Of a stretch of 64,000 nucleotides of DNA, positions 44,501 to 54,533 are shown piece after piece. The position numbers were made by a program, and so were the translations under genes. Numbering within the stretch: position 1 is the first letter of the stretch; every line of letters starts with the position of its first letter. The notes beneath the pieces are model-generated. The model worked only from the letters and a program-made list of their open reading frames with translations. It was not told where the DNA came from and made no database searches. Source of the stretch: an uncultured Gemmatimonadota bacterium (lineage in GTDB: Bacteria > JAAXHH01); NCBI GenBank assembly GCA_951812955.1, contig OX638340.1, positions 1,184,001 to 1,248,000 of the forward strand. Direction: 5' to 3'.

Positions 44501-45492
44501 GGCAGGCCCCGTGTCGCGCGGAGCAAGGTCTCCTGCACGAGCAGTTCGTGGGACGGGGGACGGTCCGGCGGCTGATCCCCGGATATGGTTTTCAGGAACG
44601 ACTCCAGCTCGAGGTCGTACAGCTCCTGGCGGCTTCGGCCCTCCACGGGCACCCGGGATTCTCCAGCTGAATATCCGTCCCGGTCGCCGGTCAGGACCAG
44701 CCGGATCTCCGTGCCCGGTTCGAAGGGTTCGATGAGTATGGCGCTTCCCTCTGTGCCGTACACCTCGAAACGGCGCGCGGCCGGCGAAGGTTCCATGGCG
44801 GCGATGTCCACGGTGGCCATGGCGTGATCGTATTCGAATACACCCAGACCGTTATCGGTGAAGGCGGTGACTTCCCCGGTCTCGTTTCTCAGGAACGCGG
44901 TTACCTTTGACGGACGGCCGAGGATCCAGACCACCTGGTCGAGCATGTGGCCGGCCAGGTCGTAGAATATGCCGCCTTGGTGTGTACCGATTACCTCTCT
45001 GGAAGTGGCTGGAACGTTTGTCGACATGTGCGCCCGTATGGAAAAAACGTTGCCCAGCATGCCGGACCTTGCCCAGTCCGCAATTTTGACGAACCCGTCG
45101 TGATACCGGAACATGTACCCCATCTGCACCTGCAGGTTCGCCTTTTCCGCCAAAGCGGCCACCCGCTGCCAGGCGGGCCAGTCGTCCCCGGCAGGCTTGT
45201 CATACCAGGCATGTTTGCCGGCGCGGATGATCTCTTCGGTCTGGGCCAGGCTTTCGTCGTTGCGGCCTTCCGATGCAACGGCGACGACAGCCGGGTCACC
45301 GAGCATATCCTCCGCGCATTCGAACCAGCGGACGTCGGCGTACGGACCGTCGACGTGTTCCAGGGCGGCCCTCCTCTCCGCATTGGGCTCGAACACCCCG
45401 ACGCACTCGACGTCTGGGTTGGTCAACATGGACTGAAGTTTGCCGGCGGCATGCCCGTGACCGGTGCCGTATTGCGCCATGTGAATCGACAT
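44497..45492 (-). CDS. Gfo/Idh/MocA-family NAD(P)-dependent oxidoreductase
   Basis: N-terminal Rossmann fold and C-terminal alpha/beta domain typical of the family. Start chosen at MSIHMAQYGTGHG. The longer upstream-extended ORF is rejected. Confidence 0.75.
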   Translation of the reverse strand: MSIHMAQYGTGHGHAAGKLQSMLTNPDVECVGVFEPNAERRAALEHVDGPYADVRWFECAEDMLGDPAVVAVASEGRNDESLAQTEEIIRAGKHAWYDKPAGDDWPAWQRVAALAEKANLQVQMGYMFRYHDGFVKIADWARSGMLGNVFSIRAHMSTNVPATSREVIGTHQGGIFYDLAGHMLDQVVWILGRPSKVTAFLRNETGEVTAFTDNGLGVFEYDHAMATVDIAAMEPSPAARRFEVYGTEGSAILIEPFEPGTEIRLVLTGDRDGYSAGESRVPVEGRSRQELYDLELESFLKTISGDQPPDRPPSHELLVQETLLRATRGLP

Positions 45493-45680
45493 TTTACGGT
45501 TCCTCTGTGTGCAATGACTGAGACTGTTTCGGGTTACCGGGAAGTAAATGCCGGACGTGGTATCGTCAAGCGAATTCGGGTGGATATGACGCTTGACATC
45601 CGGTCCCGTTTCCGCTACGTTCGCACCAATCTTTCCATGATCCATTAGCTCAAAACCTATTACAGACCAGGAGTTGCAAG

Positions 45681-46529
45681 GTGTCCCTTTCCCAGGCGCA
45701 GATCGACCGATTCAGAGAGGTCGGTTTCCTTAACGTGGGCCGCGTTTACAGCGATAATGAGGCCGACGCATTGCGGGACCGCCTGATGACCGTAATCGCG
45801 GGCACGTCCCGCGGGAGGGCCGAGGCGGTTCGTAACCTGCGCGGCGAGGAGCTCGAGGCGGAAAGAGACGTGGTGATCCAGGTGGTCAATACCTGGCAGG
45901 CGGATGACGGGTTCCGGATCCATCTCTATCACCCCGGGATATGCCGGATGGCCTGCGAACTGATGGGGACCGACGTACTGCGGGTGTGGCACGACCAGAT
46001 CCAGTATAAACCGCCGCGGCGAGGCGGGGCGACGGACTGGCACCAGGACCATCCGTACTGGCCGATCATCCAGCCAGCCGATCTGGTTAGCGCCTGGGTG
46101 GCTCTGGACGATGCAACTGTCGAAAACGGCTGCATGCGTATGGTGCCGCGCAGCCACCAATGGGGACCCCATAAGGGCGGTACGATTGGGACGAACGAAG
46201 ACGGTTTCACGCCGGATCCTGATCTTTCCCTCTTACCGGATGACGAAGATGTCGAAATAGTGCCCTGTGAAGTCAAGAAAGGCGAGTGCATGTTCCACCA
46301 CTGCCTTACGTGGCACGGCAGTCCGCCCAATCCATCCGAATACGGCCGGCCGGCCATCGCGGTGCACTACATGCCCGGATGGACGCGTTACGAACCGACC
46401 AGGACGCATATCATGGAACGAAGGGTAGACGTGGAACCCGGAGAACTCCTGACCGGCCATTACTTCCCCACCGTGTGGGATCACGGCCCCGTCAAACCGC
46501 CGGAGCACTGGTCCGAGGAGCAGGCATGA
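45681..46529 (+). CDS. PhyH-family Fe(II)/2OG dioxygenase
   Basis: WHQDHPYWP, LDDATVENGCMRMVPRSH and HHCLTWHGSPPN motifs. Its stop overlaps the next gene's start (ATGA). Confidence 0.8.
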   Translation: MSLSQAQIDRFREVGFLNVGRVYSDNEADALRDRLMTVIAGTSRGRAEAVRNLRGEELEAERDVVIQVVNTWQADDGFRIHLYHPGICRMACELMGTDVLRVWHDQIQYKPPRRGGATDWHQDHPYWPIIQPADLVSAWVALDDATVENGCMRMVPRSHQWGPHKGGTIGTNEDGFTPDPDLSLLPDDEDVEIVPCEVKKGECMFHHCLTWHGSPPNPSEYGRPAIAVHYMPGWTRYEPTRTHIMERRVDVEPGELLTGHYFPTVWDHGPVKPPEHWSEEQA

Positions 46530-47773
46530 GCGTTGAGGCCAACGTCAACACCGCCTCCCGGCCCGGCGAACTGCGTATCACCGACATGCGCACGGTCACG
46601 ATCGGCGCGTCAACGATTATCAGGCTCGATACCAACCAGGACATTCACGGCCTGGGCGAGGTGCGGGACGGCGCGAGCAAGACCTATGCCCTGGGCCTCA
46701 AGTCGCGCATCCTGGGCGAGAACCCCTGCGAAGTCGACAGGATATTCCGGAAGATCCGCCAGTTCGGGCACCACGCCAGGCAGGCCGGCGGTGTCTGCGC
46801 TATCGAGATGGCCCTGATGGATCTGGCGGGCAAGGTCTACGGCGTGCCCGCCTATCAACTTGCAGGCGGTAAATTCAGGGATTCGGTGCGCATATACTGC
46901 GATACGACCACGTCCCCGGACGCAGAAGAGATGGGGCGTCGCCTCAAGGAACGCGTGGAACGGGGGTTCACCTTTCTGAAGATGGACGTGGGTATCGGCC
47001 TGCTGAAGGCCATACCCGGAACCCTGTCGGCCCCTGCAGGGATGCTGGACACGCTGCACATCATGCATCCATTCACGGGGATTCGGCTGACGGACAAAGG
47101 CATCGGCGTATTGTCGGATTACGTGGCGGGTGTCCGCGACATAGTCGGTTACGAAATCCCGCTCGCCGTCGACCACTTCGGGCACATCGGCGTGGAGGAT
47201 TGCATCCGCCTGGGCAAGGCGCTGGACCGGTACAACCTGGCCTGGTACGAGGATATGGTCCCGTGGCAGTTCACGGAGCAGTACATTCGCTTGCGGGACG
47301 CCTGCGACACGCCGATCTGCACGGGGGAGGACATCTACCTCAAAGATGGGTTCATGGACCTCTTCGAAAACCGGGCCATCTCCGTGTGTCATCCCGACCT
47401 GGCCACGTCGGGCGGCATCCTGGAAACCAAGAAGATCGGCGATTCGGCCCAGGAACACGGCATCTCCATGGCGCTGCACATGTCCGCCATGCCGGTCGCC
47501 CAGATGGCCAGCGTACACTGTGCCGCGGCCACCGAGAACTTCATCGCCCTGGAACACCACCACGTGGACGTGCCGTGGTGGGACGACCTGGTAACCGGCC
47601 TGCCGGATCCAGCGGTACAGGACGGTTTCATGGCGGTGCCCGAAGCGCCCGGTCTGGGAATCGAATTGAATGAAGAGGCGATTCGGGAGCACATCAGCGA
47701 CAAGGATCCGGGATACTTCGAACCCACAGACGAGTGGAATGACCTGCGTTCGCACGATCGCCTATGGAGTTAG
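46526..47773 (+). CDS. Enolase-superfamily enzyme (mandelate racemase/muconate lactonizing / sugar-acid dehydratase-like)
   Basis: N-terminal capping domain, then the TIM barrel with conserved metal ligands (…VDHFGH…EDMVPW…GEDIYL…) and the catalytic HxxxA/E region. Confidence 0.85.
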   Translation: MSVEANVNTASRPGELRITDMRTVTIGASTIIRLDTNQDIHGLGEVRDGASKTYALGLKSRILGENPCEVDRIFRKIRQFGHHARQAGGVCAIEMALMDLAGKVYGVPAYQLAGGKFRDSVRIYCDTTTSPDAEEMGRRLKERVERGFTFLKMDVGIGLLKAIPGTLSAPAGMLDTLHIMHPFTGIRLTDKGIGVLSDYVAGVRDIVGYEIPLAVDHFGHIGVEDCIRLGKALDRYNLAWYEDMVPWQFTEQYIRLRDACDTPICTGEDIYLKDGFMDLFENRAISVCHPDLATSGGILETKKIGDSAQEHGISMALHMSAMPVAQMASVHCAAATENFIALEHHHVDVPWWDDLVTGLPDPAVQDGFMAVPEAPGLGIELNEEAIREHISDKDPGYFEPTDEWNDLRSHDRLWS

Positions 47774-47845
47774 TAAAACGGAAGAGCACCAGGAGGTCCA
47801 CGCCCACGTTCGTCTTTGGAGCGGGGCATCTGAAGGAGCGTATCC

Positions 47846-48868
47846 ATGACTATTCCCGTTGCCCAGGGTCCGCCGTTACCGTTTGAGCCCAGCCCCTACA
47901 TCGCGCTTACTGAAACGCAACAGAGCCGGTTCGACGAAGACGGCTTTATCCTGATTGAGGATGCCCTCTCGCCGAGCCACGTCGAACGGCTGCTCAAGGT
48001 CGTCGACACGCTCTACGACAATTTCCACAGGACCCACGGTACCCCGCCCGACGCGCCTTACCAGATTCGCAACGCCCTGATTCACCACGAGGAGCTTTTC
48101 GCGTTGATCGAATACCGGAAGATCCTGTCGCTGGTCGTGGACGTCATGGGGGTAAACATACAGATCCGCACTTCCCACGTGGACGTCCGTCCTCCCATGA
48201 AAGATCACATGGGTGGAGAACTGGGGGCCAAGGGCAGCTTTTTCCCATGGCATTCGGACGCACCCAATTACGGCTATCCCATTACCAACGGCCGGATTCC
48301 CTTTTTAGAAGTGAAAGTCGGGTACTACCTCACCGATCTCACCGAGCACAACAGCGGCGCCATATGCGTGGTGCGGGGCAGTCACAAGCTTTCGCCGGAA
48401 CTGATCCACGATCCGGATTACCAGATCGACCCGATGGACATCGTGGAAGTGCGTGTCAGGCCGGGTACCGCCATGGTCTGGCGCACGGCGCTCTGGCACT
48501 GCCTGGCCCCCAATCTCTCCGGGCGAACCCGCAAGTGCCTCTACTACGGTTACAACCACCGCTGGGCACGACCCGGGGACTACGACCGCCAGGACTCCGA
48601 CCTGTTGGCCCGTTGCACACCCGTTCAGCGCCAGCTGCTGGGTTCCAACACCACGGAGGACGGAGTGGTTTACCAGGACGGCGATCCGGCCCATCCGGCT
48701 TCCAGGTACTGGCGGCCCGAAACCGCGGACGTACCCCTGGAAGCATGGGCTGATAGTCAATATCGGAAAAAACACCGCAGGGAACGGAAGCTATGGGAGA
48801 AACGGAATAGGCTGCCCCCCGGCGCCGTGGGCGCGCCAATAGAGCAGGAGGAAAGCCTCCTGGATTAG
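47846..48868 (+). CDS. PhyH-family Fe(II)/2OG dioxygenase
   Basis: PWHSDAPNYG, GAICVVRGSHK and ALWHCLAPN give the His-x-Asp…His facial triad. AAGGAG RBS. Confidence 0.8.
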   Translation: MTIPVAQGPPLPFEPSPYIALTETQQSRFDEDGFILIEDALSPSHVERLLKVVDTLYDNFHRTHGTPPDAPYQIRNALIHHEELFALIEYRKILSLVVDVMGVNIQIRTSHVDVRPPMKDHMGGELGAKGSFFPWHSDAPNYGYPITNGRIPFLEVKVGYYLTDLTEHNSGAICVVRGSHKLSPELIHDPDYQIDPMDIVEVRVRPGTAMVWRTALWHCLAPNLSGRTRKCLYYGYNHRWARPGDYDRQDSDLLARCTPVQRQLLGSNTTEDGVVYQDGDPAHPASRYWRPETADVPLEAWADSQYRKKHRRERKLWEKRNRLPPGAVGAPIEQEESLLD

Positions 48869-48947
48869 AGCCGAGACGGGGACCGGAAGGAAACCCTCAA
48901 ACCGCAAGTCATCCGCGAATAAGGGTGTATTTACATCAGAGGAAACC

Positions 48948-49679
48948 ATGACCGAAGCCGAAATCTTCGAATTCGACCTCAATGGCTATATCATGTACCG
49001 GAACGTTCTAACCCGGGACCAGGTCGACCACATGAACGGGGTGCTCGACGAACACCTTACAGAAGAATCCTTCAATTTCCCATTTCTTCACCTGGACCCG
49101 ATGTTCATGGAAGTCATGGCCCTGCCCCGGACGCTGAACATACTCGGGACGATGATCGGGGACTGGATGCGCCTGGACCATGCCTACGGGCTCCAGATGG
49201 ATACGCTCTCCGAGGAACGGGGCGATACAAGACCAAACCTCCACGGCGGACCGCTGGAGGACAACGGCGAGCACCATTACCAGTGGTTCAATGGAAAGAT
49301 GTACAACGGCCTGACCGTCGTCATGTATGCTCTCGAAGACGTGAACCCCGGTGACGGCGGCTTCATCTGCGTACCGGGAAGCCACAAGGCCAACATGGAC
49401 TTCAAACCCGCGGTGAATTCGCATATCGTCGTCAATCCTGCCTTCAGGTCCGGCGATATGCTCATCTTCACGGAAGCGCTGGTCCATGGGACGAACACGT
49501 GGACCTCGTCGAACAAGCGGCGATCCCTGCTATACAAGTACTCCCCGGGACATTCCACGTGGGCGATCCCGGAAAATTGGGAAAAGCTGCGGGCCCTGGC
49601 GGCCAACGATCTGCAGCGCGACCTGCTCAGGGCGCCCAGCATCGAGGGCCGGACGCCCGTTGAGATACCGAAAGCGTGA
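48948..49679 (+). CDS. PhyH-family Fe(II)/2OG dioxygenase (tandem paralog A)
   Basis: MTEAEIFEFDLNGYIMYRN…NPGDGGFICVPGSHKAN…EALVHGT. Confidence 0.85.
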   Translation: MTEAEIFEFDLNGYIMYRNVLTRDQVDHMNGVLDEHLTEESFNFPFLHLDPMFMEVMALPRTLNILGTMIGDWMRLDHAYGLQMDTLSEERGDTRPNLHGGPLEDNGEHHYQWFNGKMYNGLTVVMYALEDVNPGDGGFICVPGSHKANMDFKPAVNSHIVVNPAFRSGDMLIFTEALVHGTNTWTSSNKRRSLLYKYSPGHSTWAIPENWEKLRALAANDLQRDLLRAPSIEGRTPVEIPKA

Positions 49680-49774
49680 GGGCGTAGAGCATCTGGCGGG
49701 GGCCGCTCCTTCGAACGCTTCCCGCGACTGAAAACACCCGATGTTGCGCGACGCGGGGCATTCCGGAGGAACCC

Positions 49775-50506
49775 ATGACCGAAGCCGAAATCTTCGAATT
49801 CGACCTCAACGGATACATCATCTACAAGGACATGCTGTCCCGGGACCAGGTGGATCACATGAACGGAATCCTGGACGGGCACCTCGCCGACGATGCCCAC
49901 GGCTTCCAGTTCCTTACACTCGATCCGGTATTCATGGAACTCATGGCCCATCCACGCACGCTGCGGATCATCCGCACGATGATCGGTGAATGGATGCGTC
50001 TGGACCATGCGTACGGTATGCAGATGGACAGACAGTCCGTCGAACGGGGCCATGTGAAACCGAATCTTCACGGCGGCCTGCGCCACGACCACGGAGAACA
50101 CCAGTACCAGTGGCACGATGGAAGGATGTACAATGGACTCATCGTGGTCATGTACGCACTCAAGGACGTCCACCCTGGCGACGGCGGCTTGATCTGCGTC
50201 CCGGGAAGTCACAAGGCCAACATGAATTTCCGGCCACCGGTGGATTCCCACCTAGTGGTGAATCCCTCCTTCATGGCGGGCGACATGCTCATCTTCACCG
50301 AAGCGCTGGTCCACGGCACCACCACGTGGACTTCCGACCAGCGGCGGCGCTCCTTGCTCTATAAGTATTCGCCCGGGTACTCCGCCTGGGCCTCGGCCGA
50401 CGGGCTGGACGACGCCCGTGCCCTGGCAACTGACGATGTCCAGCGCGACCTGCTGAGGCCGCCCAGCGTCGGAAGACGGACGCCCGTGGAGATCCCGGAT
50501 GAGTGA
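49775..50506 (+). CDS. PhyH-family Fe(II)/2OG dioxygenase (tandem paralog B)
   Basis: MTEAEIFEFDLNGYIIYKD… with the same motifs. The first 36 nt are identical to the 48948 paralog. Confidence 0.85.
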   Translation: MTEAEIFEFDLNGYIIYKDMLSRDQVDHMNGILDGHLADDAHGFQFLTLDPVFMELMAHPRTLRIIRTMIGEWMRLDHAYGMQMDRQSVERGHVKPNLHGGLRHDHGEHQYQWHDGRMYNGLIVVMYALKDVHPGDGGLICVPGSHKANMNFRPPVDSHLVVNPSFMAGDMLIFTEALVHGTTTWTSDQRRRSLLYKYSPGYSAWASADGLDDARALATDDVQRDLLRPPSVGRRTPVEIPDE

Positions 50507-50654
50507 AGGTTACTCCGGCGACGGGCAGAAGCTAGACTCGGAGATGAGCACGAGGAGGCACTGAGCACAATGACGGATGGCACGGCAGGATAAGTGAGCA
50601 AGGTCCGATGCAGATATACGGATGGCCCGGCACGGTAAATGAGGAGATACAGTA

Positions 50655-51470
50655 ATGAACGTGCGCGACGAATTCCGTTACAACCGGTTGACCTGGGAGG
50701 ATATGAACGAGGCGATCGCCATGCAGAAGGTGGTGGTCCTTCCCACGGGTTCAACCGAGCAGCATGGCAAGCACCTTCCGCTGGACACGGACGCGTTCCT
50801 CGTCGAATCGGTCTGTCACGAACTGGGGCGGCGGATCCCCGACCGCGTACTCGTTCTGCCGACGGTCTCCTACGGACTCAACCTGCACCACATAGACTTT
50901 CCCGGTACGATCCACATCGAACCCGAAGTGTTCATCGCCTTCTGCCTGAACATCACCAAAAGCGTCGCCTACCACGGTTTCGAGAAGATCCTGCTCGTTA
51001 ACGGACATGGTTCGAATGCCCCCATGATCGATCTGGTCGCCCGGAAGACGGTGCTGGCCACGGAGTCGCTTTGTTTCGCGGCCAATTACTTCACTTTCCT
51101 GGTGGACGCCTTCAACGAGGTGAAGGAATCAGAGGTGATGGCACACGCAGACGAACTGGAGACCTCATTGTACCTCCACCTCGCCGCCGATCGCGTTAAG
51201 ATGGACAAGGCCGCGCCGGATAACGATCGGGTGGGGAAGTACTGCTCATCGGACAGCACCGGTACCGTGCGCTTCAACGATTTCTGGGGAAGATGGACGG
51301 GCCTCGGGGTCCACGGCGACCCCACGCCGGCGACGGCGGAAAAAGGCGAGATCATCTTCAACGCGTCCGTGGAGGGCCTCGTCGAATTGATCGACGACAT
51401 TCACAAATGGCCGATCGAAAAGCGGCGCGATCAGCACACGGGGCCGGTTCAGAAGGGGATAAGGTGGTAA
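50655..51470 (+). CDS. Creatininase-family amidohydrolase
   Basis: VVLPTGSTEQHGKHLPLDTD and LLVNGHGSN are the conserved metal-binding motifs of creatinine amidohydrolase-family proteins. Confidence 0.85.
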   Translation: MNVRDEFRYNRLTWEDMNEAIAMQKVVVLPTGSTEQHGKHLPLDTDAFLVESVCHELGRRIPDRVLVLPTVSYGLNLHHIDFPGTIHIEPEVFIAFCLNITKSVAYHGFEKILLVNGHGSNAPMIDLVARKTVLATESLCFAANYFTFLVDAFNEVKESEVMAHADELETSLYLHLAADRVKMDKAAPDNDRVGKYCSSDSTGTVRFNDFWGRWTGLGVHGDPTPATAEKGEIIFNASVEGLVELIDDIHKWPIEKRRDQHTGPVQKGIRW

Positions 51471-51638
51471 GGTTCTGCCTGGCCGTGCGCAGTGACGCAG
51501 GGAGACGCCACCCTGTTCGGCTCGCATAAAACCGGCGGCAAGCCGACTTCGCGTTCGACAGAAACCGGCGGCGAGCAGACAGTGCTTTCGCTTGAAACTG
51601 GCGGTGAGATTAAAGCATTCGATTGCGCGATTTAACAG

Positions 51639-52418
51639 CTAGTAGCCCAGGAATCCCCCGTCCACCAACCATGTCGCTCCCGTAACGAAGCCTGCATCGT
51701 CGCTGGCCAGGAACACGGCCACGCGGCCGATTTCCTCGGGCCGGCCCCGGCGGTCCAGGGGCGTATGGCGAAAGTACTTCCCCGATGCGCCTCGACTGAC
51801 GGCGTCTTCTCTCGGATTATCGCTCTGCTCGGTGTGGATATCACCCGGCGCAATACTGTTCACCCGGATCCTGTGACGGGCCAGTTCGATCGCGGCCGAC
51901 TTGGTGAGCCCATCCAGGCCCGCCTTGCTGGCACAGTAGGCGGATGCGCCTTCCTGGGCCGCAAACTGGGCCACGGACGAGATATTGATAATGGCGCCTC
52001 CCACATCCCGGTCAATCATCCGGCGGGCCGCCTCCTGCGTCCCGATGAACGCGCCGGTAAGGTTGATGTCGACGACGTTGCGCCAGTGCTCGTCCGTCTC
52101 CTCCATGAAGGGCCGCAACTCCAGTGACATTCCGGTCAGCGCGGCATTGTTGATCATCACGTCTACCGGACCCAGCAGGTGTTCCGTCCGGTCCAGCAGC
52201 GCCGCTATGTCCTCGCGGCGGCGCACGTCGCACCGTTGCGCGTGGACGGAAAAGCCCTGACTCCTGAACCGCTCGGCCTCGTGCTCGGCGATCTCGACCC
52301 GACGCTGCGCAATCATCACCGCGGCCCCTGCTTCGGCACAACAGCGGGCAATACCGAGACCGATGCCGGTGCCGCCGCCGGTGACGACTACGGTTCTTCC
52401 CTTCAACCGGTCATTCAT
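51639..52418 (-). CDS. SDR-family oxidoreductase
   Basis: TGGGTGIGLGIA cofactor motif, NNAAL, and the catalytic YCASKAGL (YxxxK). Confidence 0.9.
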   Translation of the reverse strand: MNDRLKGRTVVVTGGGTGIGLGIARCCAEAGAAVMIAQRRVEIAEHEAERFRSQGFSVHAQRCDVRRREDIAALLDRTEHLLGPVDVMINNAALTGMSLELRPFMEETDEHWRNVVDINLTGAFIGTQEAARRMIDRDVGGAIINISSVAQFAAQEGASAYCASKAGLDGLTKSAAIELARHRIRVNSIAPGDIHTEQSDNPREDAVSRGASGKYFRHTPLDRRGRPEEIGRVAVFLASDDAGFVTGATWLVDGGFLGY

Positions 52419-53667
52419 CGGTTACACCTCCCGCTTCCCTTCTCGCATCGCTCTCCATCAAAGACGCGACCTCTTTGGCGACAGCTTCGATCACCGGGAA
52501 ATCCCTTTCCTCCAGTGTACGTACGTCGAGCAGAAATCGGTTCCCCGCCAACCTGCCGAACACTGGTGGCGATTGTCGTCTGAACGCCGCGGCTAGTTGC
52601 CGGTTGGTCCATCCGTCGGGACGCAGCGCGACGGCGCGGGAAGGCAGTTGCTGGACCGGCAGGGCGCCGCCTCCGATTTCGGCGAGGGATTCCTCCACGG
52701 TCACTTCGACGCGGCAACCGAAACAGGCTGCGATGCATTCCGCGAGTCTTCGCGCCTTTAAATCGAGCGCTTCCATCGTCGCTGCGATCATGCCCGTAAC
52801 GGGGTGAGAATCCGCGAGCATAGCCGGATTATGAAAGAGCTCGAGCGTAGCCTGAAGGGCGGCATAGACCATCTTGTCGGCGCGAAAGGCCCGCATCAGC
52901 GGATCCTTTTTCATCTTGTCGAGCAAATCCCTCCGGCCGACGATGATTCCGGCCTGGGATCCGCCCAGCAGTTTGTCGCCACTGAAACAAACCACGTCGA
53001 TTCCGCGGCCGAGCGCGTCCGGGACGGTATATCCAATGTCCAGGCCGTGGTCTTCAAGGCCGACGAGGGCGCCGCTTCCCTGGTCGTACACGACAGGTAT
53101 ATCCCTTTCCCGACCCAACCTGGCCAGTTCCTCGAGTGGTGTGGAGACATCGAGGCCGGCAATATCAAAGTTGCTTCGGTGTACCGCCATGATAAGCGCC
53201 GTCTTTTCGGTGAGGGCGGCCCGGTAGTCTTCCGCTACCGTGTAATTTGTCGTACCGACGCCAACCAGGTCGACCCCACCCGCGGCCATGACGTCGGGCA
53301 TGCGGAAGGACCCGCCGATCTCCACCAGTTGGCCCCGGGAGATGACGACCTCCCCGTCCAGGGCGAGCGCGTGCAGGATCAGCATCACCGCGGCGGCGTT
53401 GTTGTTCACGACGATGGCGGACTCGGCCCCGGTGAGGGAGCAAAGCAGATCGGAAACCAGGTCGTGCCGAGAACCCCGCTTGCCCGTCTCCGCATCAATC
53501 TCGAGCGTACAGAATCCTTCGATTATGTCAGCCACTGCCCGCCGCGCATGCTCGGACATGACGGCCCGTCCCAGACCGGTGTGCAGGATCACGCCCGTGG
53601 CGTTCACCGCGGGTGCCAGTGCACTGATCGAACGTCCGCCTCTGGTTGGATTGGCCCGGTCTGTCAT
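52411..53667 (-). CDS. selA: L-seryl-tRNA(Sec) selenium transferase SelA
   Basis: PLP fold-type I enzyme with SelA-specific layout: N-terminal tRNA-binding region, then …VVNNNAAAVMLIL…, with the PLP lysine in FSGDKLLGG. Confidence 0.88.
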   Translation of the reverse strand: MTDRANPTRGGRSISALAPAVNATGVILHTGLGRAVMSEHARRAVADIIEGFCTLEIDAETGKRGSRHDLVSDLLCSLTGAESAIVVNNNAAAVMLILHALALDGEVVISRGQLVEIGGSFRMPDVMAAGGVDLVGVGTTNYTVAEDYRAALTEKTALIMAVHRSNFDIAGLDVSTPLEELARLGRERDIPVVYDQGSGALVGLEDHGLDIGYTVPDALGRGIDVVCFSGDKLLGGSQAGIIVGRRDLLDKMKKDPLMRAFRADKMVYAALQATLELFHNPAMLADSHPVTGMIAATMEALDLKARRLAECIAACFGCRVEVTVEESLAEIGGGALPVQQLPSRAVALRPDGWTNRQLAAAFRRQSPPVFGRLAGNRFLLDVRTLEERDFPVIEAVAKEVASLMESDARREAGGVTDE

Positions 53668-53757
53668 ATGCGGTGCCGCGAAAGTGTCATATGCGGTGCT
53701 GCGAAAGTGCCTATGCGGTGCTGTGAAAGTGTCATATGCGGTGCCGCGAAGGATGGC
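53663..53757. repeat. Four tandem ~23-bp direct repeats with a CATATG core, overlapping the selA start codon and filling the selA-amidase intergenic region
   Basis: gtcatatgcggtgccgcgaaagt / gtcatatgcggtgctgcgaaagt / gcctatgcggtgctgtgaaagt / gtcatatgcggtgccgcgaagga. Periods of 23, 22 and 23 nt, not a multiple of 3. Confidence 0.7.
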
Positions 53758-53812
53758 AAGTTAATCAAATCTCATCTGTGACAGTTGTTTCCAGATATTG
53801 AGCATTATCCGT

Positions 53813-54406
53813 CTACCATCGGCCGGCAATCACTCCGGCCATGCTGGCCTTGAATTCCACCCAGGGAAAGGCCGGACCGGGATCGATCTTTCGATCCGGC
53901 GCGATATCGCTGTGACGTACGACGTTGTCCAACGGGATCTTGTAGCGTTCGACGAGGTGGCCGGAAAGCGAGACCACTTGCTCGACCTGACCGGCCGGAT
54001 AGGGCGTCCACCAGTCTCCCTCCGCTGCGATGGGCGACGGTCCGCCATAGGGCGTACTGAAATCCTCGGGCCAGCAGAAGAAGCTTCCGTTCTCCTTCTT
54101 CAGGCGTCCCCAGTTCACGATCTCGATGCCGAGTGACCGTCGATTGCAGCCTTCCCGTCCCCGCCAGGAACTCGTCCCGCAGTGCCAGGCGCAATCTTCG
54201 TCCCGAACCATCTGCAAAAGGGTGCCGTCGAGCCCTACGATATAGTGGCAGCTGACACGCCGATCCGGGTCCCGGAAGATCGCGACGCATTCATCCAGCG
54301 ACGGACCGTCCGTGTAATGGAGCACGAGCATATCAATCTGTTCATCCTCGCGGCTCGAAGCGTACAGGGCCGGGTAAAACGGTATTGCGGCAAGAAACTC
54401 CGACAT
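53813..54406 (-). CDS. N-acetylmuramoyl-L-alanine amidase (Amidase_2 / AmpD-like)
   Basis: HYTDGPSLDECVAIF, SCHYIVGLDG and AWHCG motifs of the PGRP/AmpD zinc amidase family. Confidence 0.85.
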   Translation of the reverse strand: MSEFLAAIPFYPALYASSREDEQIDMLVLHYTDGPSLDECVAIFRDPDRRVSCHYIVGLDGTLLQMVRDEDCAWHCGTSSWRGREGCNRRSLGIEIVNWGRLKKENGSFFCWPEDFSTPYGGPSPIAAEGDWWTPYPAGQVEQVVSLSGHLVERYKIPLDNVVRHSDIAPDRKIDPGPAFPWVEFKASMAGVIAGRW

Positions 54407-54533
54407 TTGGGCTTAACGCCTTTCCGAAAGGATGTTTCGATTCCCTGATTGCACTGTTAAACTATAGAAGAGACCGTTCCAAGGCAATCCGTTTCACCGC
54501 GCTCACAAGGCGTCAGGTTCAACTCCTCGCAGG

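Noticed and set aside
44947-45648. 233-aa + strand ORF and the longer 382-aa version of the Gfo/Idh/MocA gene
   Set aside because: The + strand ORF is antisense. The 5' extension of the - strand gene adds a non-homologous leader, so an internal ATG at 45492 was preferred.
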